Source: Takakia lepidozioides
Taxonomy: Eukaryota; Plantae; Bryophyta
Length of the DNA stretch: 64,000 nucleotides
Assembly: GCA_030704615.1 (NCBI GenBank)
Contig: CM060732.1
Span: forward strand, 22,940,001 to 23,004,000
Direction of reading: 5' to 3'
The notes below the pieces were generated by a model. That model was not told the origin of the DNA, did no database searches, and was given only the letters and a program-made list of their open reading frames with translations. The stretch's first letter is position 1. Each line of letters starts with the position of its first letter. This document shows, in pieces, positions 1 through 11,076 of this stretch. Both the position numbers and the translations under genes were made by a program.

Positions 1-1184
1 GAGATATCGGGATTTCTTGAGGGGTGGCGTTGGTGGCAAAAGCCCTAACAAGTCTGAGTTGATGTTGCGAGCTGCAAAAAGATCGGGGGATCCAAACAAG
101 ATTGCCAGGGCTGTCAACATGTGTGCGGAGGGAACTCCTCTGGTGTCCAGAGTTCCCCATCTGGAGGGCGAGGAGAGATTCGGGTCTTGTAAACGGAAAT
201 TGAACAGCCCTCCTGGGTCGGATGCAGACTCGCACAAGGCGGACAGGGACAACTTCTCCATTCTGCGTGTTCCATTGCATGAGAGGTTCGTCTCTGGAAT
301 ATCCAGTGCGGAGCAACGTTTCTCACAAAGTACGCCAGCATCTCCCACTGTCAATGAGTCCAGCGTGCTCTCCTATGATGGAGTTCACCTGCTCCGACAA
401 AGTGTGGCACATAGAACGTACCAGAGCTGGGTCTCGAGTGAAGTGCAAGTCCTTCATATCCAGAGGTAGTGCCTACACTCCAGCACCGACCTTCACCGCT
501 TTGTTCCAGCCTTACGGGCAGCCAGAGGCGAAGAACCACAAATTCTGGTTCTGCGCTGACGACTGTGGTAGGTGCGTGCGTGGGACCGTGCGACCATCAG
601 TGGTCATGAAGCCTCCTCCACCGAGCGTTTGCCCTGTCAAGGTGGGGACACATCTCACAAGTCAAGAGATTGCAATGTTGGAGGAGACAGGGTTTTCCCT
701 TCAGCGAGAAGCCTCTGTGCGTGCAAGTGCTTCCACTTCGGGAAGTTCTAGAGTGCCACCAGCCAACCCAGATGCATGGCCAACAAAAAGAAATGGGAAG
801 GTAGTACGTCATTTCCCACCAAGTGCCGAGCACTTCGGCAAGGTGGAATCCGCTCGAATGCTTCTAGGACGTGTTGCAGGCACTACGGAAGTTGCAGATC
901 CCGGGTATGGTCGGATCTACACTATGATGACCTCTACATCTGCTATCCATGACAGATTCTACGATATCACAGTTTCAAATTTCCCCAACTACACTTGTCC
1001 TGATTTTGTTGGCATGCTTTCAACAAGTTTGGGAAAGAGAGGCAAATTTGTACCCTGCAAGCATCTTTATTTTATCTTCTTGAACAGAATGATCTGTGAT
1101 CCCAAACGTGACATCTTCATTCACCAGGCCACCATGAGTTTCAATGAGGTGAATACACTTATGCAGCGGGACAGAAGCACATAG
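1..1184 (+). mobile_element. MULE (Mutator-like) transposase relic, C-terminal part with SWIM zinc finger; begins before the window
   Basis: Overlapping ORFs 17..469 and 222..1184 are colinear with the more complete copy at 33398-35510 (ELMLRAA.RSGDP.KIARAV; WFCADDC.RCVRGT). SWIM motif is YTCPDF...CKHL, first Cys lost. Frameshifted. Confidence 0.75.
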
Positions 1185-1344
1185 GAAGAAGCTGACTTTC
1201 GTCCAATGCAATTTCCATGACTGAGAAATGTGTGTCATTTCAATAGTGTGATCAATGCAAAATAAATGGGATGGATAAGCATGCGTCGACGTGTTTCCGG
1301 TTTCCCATTTCCGGTGTTTTCGTTTCCTATTTACCCTGAATGAA

Positions 1345-3372
1345 TGTCATGGCTATAGGTCCCTCGGCTATAGGCGCTACATGTTTCTGTTGACATGGCG
1401 TCCGCCACGTTGGCCGAATCCCACGTGGACATGTGGACTGCCACGTAGGCATGTTGACTGCCACATCATGTTGTTCACATGTCAGCACGCTCATGCCACA
1501 TCACCCTCATGCTCACGCCACATCAGCTGCTAGTCCCCTACGCTTGCGCCATGTCAGCATAGCATGAGCGCACGCTCACGCTATCACGCTCACGCTATCA
1601 CGCTCACGCTATCACGCTCACGCGGTAGCGTCATTTGCCATCTCACCTAGCAATGCATTTGCTACACAATAAGCTTCACTTCTCTTTGGAGCTCACGAAT
1701 CAAGCTTTTTACCTCCTTTAGCAAGCCACCAAGCCTTATCTCCTCTCAAGCCTTGGTCATTCAAGCTCCTTTCACTTGCTAGCTCAAGAGCCACTCCTCT
1801 CAAGCTTGAAAAGGCAAAGCTTAAGCCAACACATGCTCCACACATGCACCACCTCATACACAAAGGAATGAACTTACTCACTTCACCTTGTAGCTCTCCT
1901 CAAGCTTGAAGTTAGAAGCCACACTTGGGAGAGCATGCTCTACACATGCGCCACTTGCTTGGTCAACCACTTGCTTCACCAAGAGCAATCCAAGAACGCA
2001 TAGAACTAGCAAAAGCACTCCCTTCTACCGCCTTAGCTTGTTTGTTTGTCAACCAAATGAAACCCCATTTGGCTTCTTTTCACCATGAGAGAACAATCAC
2101 TTCTTAGCTTCTCTTGAGTTACTCAATGCTCCTCAAGCTACCCTTGTTGTACTCCTTCTATGGTGTTTCCAACCCAAGCATGTGCCGCTCTTTGGCTTCT
2201 CTTTCATACCATGAACAACTAGAGCTTGCTCTTGAAACCCTAGTGTCTATATCTCCATACACATGATGCTTCTCTTGTGATGTAAGAGCTTTTTTTCAAG
2301 CTCTCAAACCCTTGGTGCACAATAATACTTCTACAAACCCTCAATGCATTCTTTTCACCATAGAAGCCACTTCCTTGGCAAATGGTTGTCACAACACTTG
2401 AGATACAAGAGATGACGCTCCTTCTTCTCAAACTTTCAAACCTTTTGCTTCCACACACACAAGAGTTTCTCCCTGCAATACTTGCAAAGTCTTGTAACTC
2501 AAGAGCTCTCTCCTTGAGCTCTCCACCTCCTTGATGCAATGCAAACACACTCTCCCTTGCAACCTTTGCAAGCCTTGTGAGATACTTGAGTTTTTTCTAG
2601 CTCTCTCACTCCTTGGTGTACACCAACACAAGTGCTAAACTAATCCTTACACTCCGCACTCACAAGCATAAGGTGATCTTCTTGTAGTGATAATGATTAA
2701 AAGTGAACACAATGGAAATACTTCACTCATGAATCCACTCAATCACATAAACTAAGTCAAGCCAAGGGCACCCTTGCTAAGGGAATCCATAAGCCCTCAC
2801 CACACTCCCTCTCAATACCTAGAGCTATGGAGGTGAGAGAGGCTCATGGAGGCTCAACTACAAGAAGATGAGCCCTCCTCAACCCTCACAAGGGGAAAAC
2901 CCATCCCCATGTCCCAAGTGAGGCTTGATACCTCACTTGGCATATGAGACCAAATGAAGTCCCTACACACAAAATATAAATATAAATATAAATATCTAAA
3001 ATGTCCTAGTTAACTATAAGTAGGTAATTCTAGTTAACCATGACTAAAACCATGACAAGTTGCTTCAAACCCAACCGACATAATAGTTAGAACTATCTAA
3101 AAAGTCAACTAGTGACTAGTGAAGATGGCTATACATACCTAGAGAATTATGTAGAAACTAGAACTGTCAAGAAACTAGAAAGTCAACTAGTGACTAGTAA
3201 AACCCCCATTTTTTATGGCTTTGCTTGACATGTCAGAAGCTAAATTATCCCTACCTTTGGGATACCCCTACATTTGTGGGACCCACCGACTAGACCCTAA
3301 ATTCATGGGGCCATTTTCTCCCTACTTTAATTCCTGGACCATACACGTGGCCTTACTATATACGCCCCCCAC
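1345..3372 (-). mobile_element. Gypsy-type 3' LTR (about 2 kb) with upstream polypurine tract
   Basis: On the - strand, PPT-like GGGGGGCG at about 3363-3370 precedes a TATAG start (probably mutated TGT) and the end is ...CCTATAGCCATGACA at 1345. Three blocks at 2645-2880 match 20290-20505 in reverse complement. Contains (CACGCTAT/CACGCT)n at about 1570-1625. Confidence 0.6.
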
Positions 3373-3409
3373 TGTGATTCCTAGACCACTCTAGAATGAA
3401 CAGGGCCCG

Positions 3410-5645
3410 AATGAAACTGCTCTACATATCCCTACTCATCGAGGGCTTTCCATGGATACCCAAATCGTGGCCTCTATCTAAGTGCAAGTACAACCTCCAG
3501 TCACCAATGTCCTTCCAACACTTGATTTTGTAATTTAGTTGAATTTTCGGAGACTAAAATTGTTTATAATTCCATAAGTCTCGCCACGTAGGTCCAAATT
3601 TTGTGAAACCAAGGCGGTGCACCCCTACTCATTGAGGACTTTCCAACGGTACTAAAATCGTGGCCAAAGGCTATGCGGGTTAGGAGATCACTACAAACAA
3701 TATCGTGAATGCCAATATTTTAAAAAATCCCAAGTTACATTTACGTCCACGTGTACAAAAGACAAATGAAGGGCCAATCATTGTTCCAAGAAAGCCCACT
3801 TTGCTATTTTTCATGAATTTTCGGCGACCAAAAGTACTTGACATTCCATATCTCCTACACCGCAAGTCCAAAAATTATGAAATCAAGCCAATGCACCCCT
3901 CCTCATCGAGGGCTTTCCAACGGTACCAAGCACCATGGCTGGGCCCAGCGGTTTGGGACATCTCAACGCTACAAAACAAAACAAGACAAACAAACTAACT
4001 AACTATCTAGCTTCATATATTGACTAGGGTAGCCTGCGCCATTTGCCTAAATGTCAAGTCATGTCATCTAAGTCCAAGTGGAATCCCCTATGTATCCAGT
4101 GACCCTGCAGTTTGGGAGATCTCCACGTCACTGTTCCAAGAAAGCCCGTTTTCCTATTTTTTACGAATTTCTAGTGACCAAAAGTACTTGAAATTCCATA
4201 TGTCCCACACCAGGTCCAAAAATCATGAGACCAAGTCGTTGCACCCCTCCTCATCGAGGGCTTTCCAACGGTACCAAAATCGTGGCCTCTATCTAAGCCC
4301 AAGTGCAACCTACAGTGTCCTTCCAACACTTGATTTTGTAATTTAGTTGAATTTTCAGGGACCAAAATTGTTTATAATTCTATAAGTCTCGGGCCAATCA
4401 TTGTTGCAGGAAAGCCCACTTTGCTATTTTTCACGAATTTCCGACGACCAAAAGTACTTGAAATTCCATATCTCCCACACCGCAAGTCCAAAAATCATGA
4501 GACCAAGTCCACCTCGCTTCATCGAGGGCTTTCCAATGATACCAACCACCAAGGGTAGGGCCCCGCGGTTTGGGAGATCTTAACACTACAAAACAAACAA
4601 AACAAAACAAACTACCTTGCTTCATATATCTTTCCAACGGTACCAAGCACCAGGGCTGGGCGGCCAGCGGTTTGGGAGATCTCAATGCTCCAAAACAAAC
4701 AAACAAACTACCTTGCTTCATATATTGATATCGGCTCCAACCATTGTCCCAGGGAAGCCCACTTTGCTATTTTTCACGAATTTCCAGGGACCAAAAGTAC
4801 TTAAAGTTCGATATCTCCCACACCGCATGTCCAAAAATCATGAGACCAAGCCGGTGCATCCCTCCTCATCGAGGGCTTTCCAATGGTACCAAGCACCAGG
4901 GCTAGGGCCTCGCGGTTTGGGAAATCTCAATACTACAAAACAAAACAAACAAACAAACAAACAACCTTGCTTCTAGGGTAGCATGTGCCGTTGACCCAAG
5001 TGTCCATTGTCATCTAAGCCCAAGTGCATATATATCCAAGTGCGTCTCCTATGCGACCTCCAGGGTAACCGGTGCCGTTGGCCCAAGTGTCGAGTGTCAT
5101 CTAAGCCCAAGTGGAAGTCTCCTATGTATCCCAGTGCATCTCCTATGTCTAGGCCCAAGTGCAACCTCTAGGGTAGCTTATGTTGTTGGCCCATGTGTGA
5201 AGAATTGAAATCTAAGACCAACTGCAATTTCATATGTATCCAATTGCGTCTGTTTAGACCAATCTAAGCCAAAGTGCAATCTTCTTTTCATGTATCCAAG
5301 TACATCTCCCATGTAGAGGCCCTAGTGTCCCGGTGTCATCTAAGCCCAAGTGCAATCTTCTATTCATGTAGTATTATATCCAATCATTATTGATATATCT
5401 TGTCACAGGAAAGCCCACTTTGCTATTTTTCGCAAATTTCCAATGACCAAAAATACTTGAAATTCCATATCTCCCACAGGGCAAGTCCAAAAATTATGAG
5501 ACCAAGCCACTGCACCCCTCCTCATCCAGTGCTTTCCAACGGTACCAAGGGCACCAAGCACCAGCGCCAGGGCCGCGGTTTGAGACATCTCATCAATGCT
5601 ACAAAACAAAACAAAACAAACAAACCGTCTTGCTTCATTTTTTAA
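3410..5645 (-). repeat. Cluster of nested/tandem copies of a non-autonomous, Helitron-like repeat family
   Basis: Repeated modules CCTCATCGAGGGCTTTCCAACGGTACC, AAAGCCCACTTTGCTATTTTT and CTAAGCCCAAGTG. Ends reading CTACCCTAG on the - strand at about 4024, 4973 and 5168. Same family at 19283-19650 and 38065-38684. Confidence 0.6.
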
Positions 5646-6088
5646 TAGCTATGTTTCATGTTTGCGTATTATTTTTTGGAGCCTGCCTGTGCAAAGCCCA
5701 CTAAAGTAGGTACTAATTTAGTAAGTAGTAATAAGCAGGGCGGCCTTCTCCTTTACAAACCCTCTCAGGGCGACAAACCCTCTCAGGGCGGCGGCCCGAC
5801 CTTTATATACGTTCTCCTTTATTAACCCTCTCAGGCCGGCCCGACCCCATCAAGCGGTGGGGGACCTTTCTAGAAGGTTGCCCCACACATGTCACCCCTA
5901 CAAACCACCACTTGACAACCCAATTTGGCGCCTGAACCTTCCTACCAATCTTTTTTTTCGACCCCCTCACACAGGGGTTATGTCTTCAAATCCTTGGTGT
6001 CACTTACAATATTTTAATTCCTGGGCCCAAGCAAACTTGGGGGGCTTATTTATTTAGAGTCCAATTGGCCTACAAGCTACTTACATGA

Positions 6089-6545
6089 GCCTCAGAATTT
6101 TGTGTGGCCTCGTCGTAATGAGGCCGCAGGGTGCAGAGGGGACAGGGACCTGACAGGGACCTGACAGCGGCCCGCTGCATTAAAAAGGATCCCTATTCCC
6201 CTGTTTCTCTTATATATAGAAAAAACGTCGAACTGTTGGTATGGCGGAGGTTGTGGTCTGGTGGTAGGTCGATGTGGTGATGTTGGTTTCAGGTTCCACT
6301 CCTTGAATGAGGTGGTATGCAACTAATCTCATGCAGGTAGTTCAGCTTGGTTTTGCAACTAACTTCATGTAGAAAATCCTAAAACTACCCAGTTGTAAAA
6401 TTCATATGCGAAAAAAATTCCAAGTCCTTGACACATGAAGGTAGTTTGCTCCTATATTACTCCTATATTACTCCTATATTAATGAGACGGCCTGACGGTC
6501 GTCTGACCAGCCTCATAACGACAAGGCCACACAAAATTCTGGGCC
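6089..6545. mobile_element. MITE with Mutator-type 9-bp TSD
   Basis: Left TIR GCCTCAGAATTTTGTGTGGCCTCGTCGTAATGAGGC; right TIR (rev. comp.) GGCCCAGAATTTTGTGTGGCCTTGTCGTTATGAGGC. Flanked by CTTACATGA at 6080-6088 and 6546-6554. Confidence 0.85.
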
Positions 6546-6975
6546 CTTACATGATATCTTACACCTGACCTATCTCCTTGCTGCCCCCCTTAATGCGCGC
6601 CATTTGTTAACCAATAAAATCACAACCATTCACGGCGAGGAAGGAAAAAGTTACTAAATGCATGTTCACATTTGTTTCTCACAATAAGATGCTTACTAAA
6701 TTTGCATCTGGCATGCTCATCCCCGCATCTCAGTATTACTGAGGCAGATCTTCTGGCTTAATAAGGCTCATAAAAAGTCATGTTGAGACAGGATGAATGG
6801 CCATCTTCCTGAAAGGCATCTTTCCATTCCGACAATTCCTACTCCCTCATCTTCCCACAAGGTACTACAATGAATAGAACCCTCGGAAAATCAAGAATCG
6901 TAATATATGTACATTGAATATGGCCTTAACTTGGTAAGCCATTGAGAGCATCCATACAATGGATCTAGCGTTGTA

Positions 6976-9617
6976 TCATGTCCTTACATCAAGAGTAGTT
7001 TCATGCTTCACAGACTCGAACTCTGAGCTTTCCTCAGCAGGCTGGCCACAACAACCGGTGGCAGGCTGGTTGATTCCAAAGAAACCCAACAAAACTGCGA
7101 CCGCTCCAAGTAAGTTAAGGCGTGACGGAATCTTTCCTCGGAGAGAATCCACCACTGCTGCAATTGGCACTTGAATGGTTAGCCCTGCAGTTGCGGCCGT
7201 GGGCGTTGTCAACAGCACTGCTTTCGCCCAGAGGTAGTCACTCAAAACATTGTCTAGCAATCCTGCATGCCCACCCCAATCGCTACCCCATTAGGACCTA
7301 CCTTCATGTCATGCATGTCGTACATTGCTTTGATTGAGAATCTGCACCACATAGAATGGTCCTACTGACTGACTTCTGAAAAAGATCAGATAATTGTCCC
7401 ATTTATCAAATAACAATCTTCTGTCCCTTAAATAGAGTGTTCTCGGTTATGCAGGTCCTTACAGCAGCCATGATGTAGCAACACATCTGCAAGCAACTGA
7501 TAATCTGTCATGCAAGACAAGTATGAGAGGAATGTAAATACAGTTCCAACCTACCTTGGAACAGACAATTGATCTGAGTTTTCCAGATCTCCTTTAGAAA
7601 TCCTTAACACAAGCAACAATCTGCTGTGTGTGGTTTGCCCAATAACTAGGCCCAAAAGGGCCTGGGCTTTTGGCTCAGCCTCGAGACCTTCAAAGTTGGT
7701 AAACAGAGGTACAGGCACAATTCCTTGAAGAGGTTGTCTCTCTGGTGAGAGTACCCAGGACAATGAATCAGAAAGTGAATATTGTCTTCAGGTTGCCCAC
7801 ACAATGGGCATTTGCATTCCCCCTTTCCTCTCTGCTTCTGTTTGCTGTTCCAAGGTAGGCTTCCTGCCCTGAGTTTAAATTTCAGTCTAGTGCCTGTAGT
7901 AGCCTTGTGGCCATAGACCCCGCACCCAGTTTGGGCGGAACAAAAGGGAATACATCTTTGTGAGGGGCCTACTCCAGTACTTCCCTTGGTAAAGACAGAC
8001 AGAGACAGACAAACAGAGAGAAGATACTCATAAGACATTGTTTGCCGTAGCATAGTGGCCAGAGAGAAAGAGAGAGAAAAAACATGTGAACCCAGCAGGT
8101 AGAGTGGGGAAGAAGCTGCATACCTTTGCCAAGGATCAGGCCCCACTGAGAAGGAGAGAGATGATGGAAAGACTCAATGCCGCTGAAGTGGAGAATCAAA
8201 GCTAGTGGTCCCAATAGCAGCCCATTGAAGAGGCCCAGGTAGCCAAAAAAGAGAGCCGTGCTTGCTTTCCCTTCCCCTGCCGTCTCATCAGGCAACTGTT
8301 TGCGTAGGAGGGTGGTGTATATGGCATACACTAGAGCTGACAGTAAGCATAATGTGTCGCCCCAACCAGCATTGTGGACTGCCCCCATACCCTGTGTCGT
8401 ATCTGCCAGGCCGACCATGACGGTACCAGCCATGCACAGCAGCACACTGGACAGTTTCAACCATGTGAACTTCTCGCCAAGAAAACCCAGAGACACCAGA
8501 AACGTGAAGAGGCTTGAAGTACTGCTCAGTATCGTATTTGACTGTTACACAAGAAACAGCAAGTATTACCCAGTCAGGGATTCAGGATGTTGCATATGAC
8601 ACACTAGCAAGGTTACCTTCTGCTGTGTCTATCTCTCAACATGTGAATCATGAAAATGGCCATATCCATCCACACAAGAACACAATAATCAGGAAGCCCT
8701 CAACACGTATTTCCAGGTAATCATGTAACAGGCTTGTCATGGAGAGAAGAGGTTTGCACCACCGCACCCATTTTTTCAAAATGCTGGACTGCATTCTTCT
8801 TATAATTCGACCCACAAAACTAACAACTACCTTTATCTCCAATCCGTCACCCGGACGACGGCCTGTTGAACCTGCACCACTACAAGATAACACTGCTACA
8901 TCCTTCATTGAAACAGACGTCTGTTTTACTACTTTAGATGACTAGAGCATTGCAAGTCCGGAAACCACCAGCACCAGACTATGGCAGTCCTTAAGAGCAG
9001 AAGAAAGACCTTCAAGCAGGGGAAGTATTTAAAGCCAAGAAGAGACGAACCCAAATGCTAGCAAGAAAGAAACTGCCGAAAGTACAGGTACTTACAGTGA
9101 CAGTGGTATACTTGAGGGACAGGTTGAATGTGAACTGTGCTACAAACCAGAACGGGCAGATAAGCAACCCCACTCGAGCAATGTCGCCCCGGCTCCACAC
9201 TCGGCTTCCTGTAAGCTCCACCACAGATGCTACCACGGACTGTTCATTTGCGATGGTGACTTCCTGTGTTCTCTCTTCTTCCGCCTCCGGCACACCTTCT
9301 GTCTGGTCGAAGTCCTTTCCAATCAATCCGTCACGGGGAGGCGAATTGCACGAATTCACAGCTTCCAGAAGCAAGGTCTCCTTCTCGGGCCCTGCTTCAT
9401 CCTGCTGCTGCTGCTGCTCCCACTTACGGCGCAACAATTGCCCACCTTCCACGATAGGAATATAGATAACAAACAAAGAGTTGCATATGTAGGTGATGAG
9501 GAAAGGGGACACGCCAGCATCAACCACGGATTGAACCACGAAGCTGGCTGCAATCCATATGACAGCAACGGCTATCACATACACCATCCCCAGCGTCCAT
9601 CTCCATGCTTGTTCCAT
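6976..9617 (-). CDS. EamA/DMT-family (SLC35F5/THI74-like) membrane transporter, 3 exons: 9617-9096, 8541-8124, 7262-6976
   Basis: Hydrophobic helices and family motifs WIAASFVVQ, PFLITYICNSLF, CPFWFVAQFTFNLSLKYTTVT|SNTILSSTSSLFTF, GLLDNVLSDYLWAKAVLLTTPT. GT-AG junctions join in frame. Confidence 0.9.
7551..8075 (-). mobile_element. Stacked LINE (non-LTR) 3' fragments in transporter intron 2
   Basis: RLKFKLRAG...CPLCGQPEDNIHFLIHC is a LINE ORF2 C-terminal Cys/His knuckle. Terminal motif GCTACGGCAAACAA(C/T)GTCTTATGAGTA plus CT-rich tail is shared with 29629-29657, 42990-43105 and 49900-50600. Confidence 0.7.
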
Positions 9618-10157
9618 GTTTCTCACTGCCAACAGAAGGTCTAAACTCTGTTCACAATCTTAGCTGATCTCATTCGAAACTTGCCCTATCACCATCTCGC
9701 TGCTATATTCCTAACTTCCTCAGCGCTTTACCCGAGGCGAGGATCCGTTCATTCTCTCCATCAAAGCACTTGAAACCCGAGTGGAAACAACTGCACCTAG
9801 AAAACATGACAGCCCCGAACACTTGCAGTCCACAAACCCGCCCAACGTCATCGACACACGATCAACCCCCACAAAACAATCTCCCACCAGATCACAACCA
9901 CCCACCATTCTTCTCTCCATGCTACATTCTCACGTATCGTACCCCAGGCTCTGGTGCCGCTGACCCAACAGACCCATACTGGTGCATGAGACGCACTGCA
10001 CACACAAGCTGGGATCCTCAGCGGACATTGTAAGCAAAAGCTTGAAAAGAATGAAGAAGTCGAGCAGCACACATTATCTTCTCTCCTTTGCCTTCCGTCC
10101 CAAAAGATTGGCTAATTCTCCTTCACCCATCAGATAACGGATCAAGGACGACGACAG

Positions 10158-10241
10158 TGCTGGCTGTGGGATTTGAACCCACGCGTGCTGAAGCACAGGC
10201 GATCTTAAGTCGCCCCCCTTAGACCACTCGGGCAAGCCAGC
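10158..10241 (-). tRNA. tRNA-Leu(UAA), 84 nt, long variable arm, no intron
   Basis: GCTGGCTTGCCCGAGTGGTCTAAGGGGGGCGAC-TTAAG-ATCGCCTGTGCTTCAGCACGCGTGGGTTCAAATCCCACAGCCAGCA. Acceptor stem GCTGGCT/AGCCAGC, anticodon stem GGCGA/TCGCC, T-loop GGTTCAAATCC. Confidence 0.95.
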
Positions 10242-10759
10242 AGCTTCTACCTCATCTCCATATTTCAGAGTATAGATATCTTTGTAAGTCAGTATAGATA
10301 TTGTCTTCTTATTCAATGCGATTACCTACCTCTTTGAGCAGGGGCACATCGTTCTCGTCTTCGTCACCTCACTCTCTATGTATGTATGTCTCCTTTGAGC
10401 TCGCGATGCGATTTGTTTGTGCCAAGCTTATGTCTCGTGCGCAGATGCAGGTACGTGATGATAGAGGTTCTTGTGACACACCATAGCTTTCTGGGTCTTG
10501 AAGGTTTCCCACCCGTCCAATTTGCTTCCTTCTTCGTGTGAAGAGGAAACCTCGTGAGTTGCGTTGAAGAAGTGGAGAATGGAGCAGCCTAGCGCATGAA
10601 GAAATAGATGACAAACGTGGGCGAAGTGAGTGGCTTGCGCCGCTGCACCGTGGCCGTCCTGGCCTCCTCTCAGACATGTTCTGGAGACCTCTCGGGGATC
10701 CCTCACAAGTCTCTCGGAGGCTACGGTGCTCGGAAACCTGGTTTTGTTCCGAGAAATTC

Positions 10760-10862
10760 GAGAAGGTGGAGGCTGAAGTTAGAGATTTGGGACACTCTAG
10801 CTGTGAGGGTAGGGGACTGGATTCATGTCACAGGGCGTCTGGTTGTTGACGCTCATGTCAAG
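10760..10862 (+). pseudogene. Exon-like fragment resembling the OB fold of organellar ssDNA-binding (OSB/SSB) proteins
   Basis: WRLKLEIWDTLAVRVGDWIHVTGRLVVD resembles the SSB W..LA...GD.v.V.GrL pattern. Followed by donor AAG|GTACGC at 10863 and a CT-rich intron ending at 11067 or 11075. Confidence 0.4.
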
Positions 10863-11076
10863 GTACGCATTGCTAAGGTCAATATTTCTTTCATTTCTCC
10901 TGTAATTTCACACCTGAATCCCAGCTGACTAGTTCACATCCAAATTGGAGAAAGCTGTGGTAGGGGGCCTCATCTCTCTTTGTCGTAAAACATTTGCCTC
11001 TCTCTCTCTCTCTCTCTCTCTCTGTCCTACACACACGCACATTATCTGAGTCACTAACATTTTCCAGTCTTGCAGG

